From Candidatus Sumerlaeia bacterium (lineage in GTDB: Bacteria > Sumerlaeota > Sumerlaeia > SLMS01), in the NCBI GenBank assembly GCA_038208905.1, contig JBBQYG010000036.1, forward strand, positions 1-29,207: DNA of 29,207 nt, in the 5' to 3' direction. The notes beneath the pieces are model-generated. The model did not search any database and was not told where the DNA came from. It was given only the letters and a program-made list of their open reading frames with translations. Shown here piece by piece: positions 26,823 through 29,207 of the stretch. Positions within the stretch are counted from its first letter, which is position 1. Each line of letters opens with the position of its first letter. Position numbers and translations under genes: made by a program.

Positions 26823-27782
26823 ATGAGAGCAACTGGGAACCCAGCAAGCCCGCGAAATTGGGAGGCGTCGAACCGAGGTGGCGCTGGGGTGTTCAGGAGC
26901 TACGCTTGGGCACTCGCCGCAGTATTTTTTTGTGGGTTCTCCTTTCCAAACGGCGCCCATGGCAGCGAGGCCGAGCAGTTCATGAAAATGCACCCCACGC
27001 TGCCCGCTCTTTTTTCACCCACCTACGTACTAGAATACGAGCAGATTCCTCCAGCGGTCGATGTGTCTGCCGGGACTAGCGAGGCAACCAGCCATGTGTT
27101 TGAAATTGTCTGGGAGCGGCTGGGGGAACAGTCCTTCAGAAGTAAGATCGAGGGCGTGTCAAATAGCGATCTTCTGCTGGAAACGGAATTCGACGGCAGT
27201 AGGGTTCTCTCTGTGGCTGGCCCAAGTCCTGAGAGTCCCTCGATTAGGGGACTTGTGAGCATTTCCAATAGCAAAAGGCGAACAACCACACATGAAGATA
27301 TGTTCCATTGCTGGGACCCTACCTTTGTACTTAGTGGTTCATCCCCCGCCTATGACGTTGAGTTATCAACAACAGAATCCTCGCATGTTGTCATGGTGGC
27401 TTCTCAGAAGGATAGTGCGGTCGGAACTTCGTACGAGTTTCACTACAGCGATATTCCAAAGAGCACGCGCTTGTCGAAGGTTGTCTATGATACTACGATA
27501 AATCAATCCTTTACTGTCGACCTACAGTATGGTCCCGAATTCCCCGTCCCGACAGAAATCCTTATGCATGAACAGGCACCCTCAGGCTGGCAGTACAAGT
27601 ATAGATGGATGCTTGTCGATTATGCGGCCGAGCCTTCGCGGGATCGTATTAAGATTCCAGTCGGGGAAACTATCATTGACGATAGGAATGGGATCGATTT
27701 TTATTTTTCTTGGCCGGAAGGCGGAGCAACTGATGATTATATCCTTCGCCGTATCCGTCCCGACCCGACCATGTTGACTTAG
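26823..27782 (+). CDS. AT-richer hypothetical exported protein, 3' end disrupted by IS66
   Basis: 319-aa ORF with atypical codon usage and a hydrophobic N-terminal segment. The last ~10 codons lie inside the IS left end that begins at 27751. Confidence 0.65.
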   Translation: MRATGNPASPRNWEASNRGGAGVFRSYAWALAAVFFCGFSFPNGAHGSEAEQFMKMHPTLPALFSPTYVLEYEQIPPAVDVSAGTSEATSHVFEIVWERLGEQSFRSKIEGVSNSDLLLETEFDGSRVLSVAGPSPESPSIRGLVSISNSKRRTTTHEDMFHCWDPTFVLSGSSPAYDVELSTTESSHVVMVASQKDSAVGTSYEFHYSDIPKSTRLSKVVYDTTINQSFTVDLQYGPEFPVPTEILMHEQAPSGWQYKYRWMLVDYAAEPSRDRIKIPVGETIIDDRNGIDFYFSWPEGGATDDYILRRIRPDPTMLT

Positions 27783-27834
27783 GCCCATCGGCCTGCTCGA
27801 TTGCCGCTTTTCCATCTTGCCGAGGAGAGCGGTC

Positions 27835-28155
27835 ATGGGCGCGAAGCGGGAATCCGTGTGGGCGGAGCGGGGTATTATAGTTGAGCGGTGGGAGGCGAGC
27901 GGGATTTCAATGGCGGAGTTCTGCCGGCGGGAGGGGATTGCGTATACGCAGTTCATGTCCTGGAGAAGGCGGCTTTCGTCCCCGGGTGAATCAGTCCGCG
28001 GGTTTGCGGAGCTGGTGCTGGCGCCTGGGGGCGGGTTGCCCGCGGAAGCGGTGCTCCTGGAGATCGTGCTGCCGGGCGGCGTGGTGGTGCGGGTGTTCCC
28101 GCGCGCGGACCTGGCGCTGCTGCGCGCCGCGGTGGAGGCGGTGCGCGGATGCTGA
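27835..28155 (+). CDS. tnpA: IS66 accessory protein TnpA
   Basis: W...VERWEASGISMAEFCRREGI....F.SWRRRL...FAEL...EIVLPGGVVVRV. Confidence 0.88.
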   Translation: MGAKRESVWAERGIIVERWEASGISMAEFCRREGIAYTQFMSWRRRLSSPGESVRGFAELVLAPGGGLPAEAVLLEIVLPGGVVVRVFPRADLALLRAAVEAVRGC

Positions 28156-28313
28156 CGATCACGCCTTCGATACGTATATACATCTGCCTGCGTCCGGCTG
28201 ATATGCGCAAGTCGCTCGATGGGCTGTCGGCGATGGTGGCGGGCGAGCTCGGGGAGGAGCCGCTCTCGGGTCATCTCTTCCTGTTCCGCAATCGGCGCGG
28301 CGACCGGTTGAAG
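28149..28313 (+). pseudogene. tnpB: IS66 TnpB, interrupted by a second IS66
   Basis: PADMRKSLDGL...HLFLFRNRRGDRLK, then the sequence switches to a new IS left end. Confidence 0.88.
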
Positions 28314-28397
28314 GTATCCGTCCCGCCCCGACCATGTTGACTTGGGCCCCTTGGCCTGCTCGATTGCCGCTTTTCCATCCTTTTGGGGAGAGCGGTC

Positions 28398-28718
28398 ATG
28401 GGCACGAAGCGGGAATCCGTGTGGGCGGAGCGGGGTAGTATCGTTGAGCGGTGGGAGGCGAGCGGGCTTTCGATGGCGGAGTTCTGCCGGCGGGAGGGGA
28501 TTGCGTATTCGCAGTTCTTGTCCTGGAGAAGGCGGCGGTCGTCTTCGGCTGAACCAGTCGGCGGGTTTGCGGAGCTGGTGCTGGCGCCTGGGGGCGGGTT
28601 GCCCGCGGAAGCGGTGCTCCTGGAGATCGTGCTTCCGGGCGGCGTGGTGGTGCGGGTGTTTCCGCGCGCGGACATGGCGCTTCTGCGCGCCGCGGTGGAG
28701 GCGGTGCGCGGATGCTGA
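28398..28718 (+). CDS. tnpA: IS66 accessory protein TnpA
   Basis: Close paralogue of 27835-28155. Confidence 0.88.
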   Translation: MGTKRESVWAERGSIVERWEASGLSMAEFCRREGIAYSQFLSWRRRRSSSAEPVGGFAELVLAPGGGLPAEAVLLEIVLPGGVVVRVFPRADMALLRAAVEAVRGC

Positions 28719-29041
28719 CGATCACGCCTTCCATCCGTATATACATCTGCCTGCGTCCGGCGGATATGCGCAAGTCGCTCGATGGGCTGTCGGCGATTGT
28801 GGCGGGCGAGCTCGGGGAGGAGCCGCTCTCGGGTCATCTCTTCCTGTTCCGCAATCGGCGCGGCGACCGGTTGAAGGTACTGTACTGGGATCGCAACGGC
28901 TACGCGCTGTGGTACAAGCGGCTTGAGAAGGGGCGCTTTTCCTTTCCGCGGACGACGAGCGGAAAGATCGCGATCGATGCCTCCACGTTCCAGCTCCTGA
29001 TTGGCGGCCTGTCGCTCGACAGGGTGTGGAATCGCCAATAA
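28712..29041 (+). CDS. tnpB: IS66 accessory protein TnpB
   Basis: DMRKSLDGL, LFLFRNRRGDRLKVLYWDRNGYALWYKRLEKGRF. Confidence 0.93.
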   Translation: MLTITPSIRIYICLRPADMRKSLDGLSAIVAGELGEEPLSGHLFLFRNRRGDRLKVLYWDRNGYALWYKRLEKGRFSFPRTTSGKIAIDASTFQLLIGGLSLDRVWNRQ

Positions 29042-29125
29042 ATATATGGGCGAGATGCGCTTTTGTATTGCGCCGCGACGGGTCATGTATAGACACTGAT
29101 CCATCATCGAACGGCGGGCAAGATC

Positions 29126-29207
29126 GTGACGGCGGAACTCCTCCTCGAACAGCTTGAAGAAGAGCGGAGCGTTCGCTTCGAGGCGGAGAAGCGCGTCGTC
29201 GAGCAGG
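29126..29207 (+). CDS. tnpC: Probable start of IS66 transposase TnpC (partial)
   Basis: GTG-initiated open frame VTAELLLEQLEEERSVRFEAEKRVVEQ (coiled-coil-like) at the position expected after tnpB. Too short to confirm. Confidence 0.5.
   Translation, partial: MTAELLLEQLEEERSVRFEAEKRVVEQ

Larger units (their letters stand above)
27751..28313 (+). mobile_element. IS66 family element, copy 1 (left part, interrupted)
   Basis: Begins gtatccgtcccgacccgaccatgttgactt. Carries tnpA and the 5' part of tnpB. Confidence 0.88.
28314..29207 (+). mobile_element. IS66 family element, copy 2 (runs off window)
   Basis: Begins gtatccgtcccgccccgaccatgttgactt. Carries tnpA, tnpB and a probable tnpC start. Confidence 0.9.

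Overview
High-GC bacterial chromosomal segment, mostly housekeeping and envelope genes. In order: 3' end of an alpha2-type glycyl-tRNA synthetase, an FHA-asnB-GT4 unit, an elongated ZapB-like coiled coil plus zapA, a DUF3352-like exported protein, ArsR, a YmdB-like phosphoesterase, an orphan secretin preceded by a small exported protein resembling one secretin N-domain, a second GT4, a coupled three-gene unit (membrane protein and soluble protein both with arrestin/SpoOM-like beta domains, plus a small P-loop NTPase), recD2, cyclophilin, recN, yebC, leuC without leuD and a REC-HisKA-HATPase kinase. Three small toxin-antitoxin modules sit between core genes, and each toxin looks damaged (amber stop, Leu-to-Pro change, truncation). 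Three families of short intergenic inverted repeats occur. The window ends in an AT-richer gene cut by an IS66 element that is itself interrupted by a second, diverged IS66 copy. No rRNA, tRNA or CRISPR array was seen. All family calls are by-eye motif recognition, not database searches.
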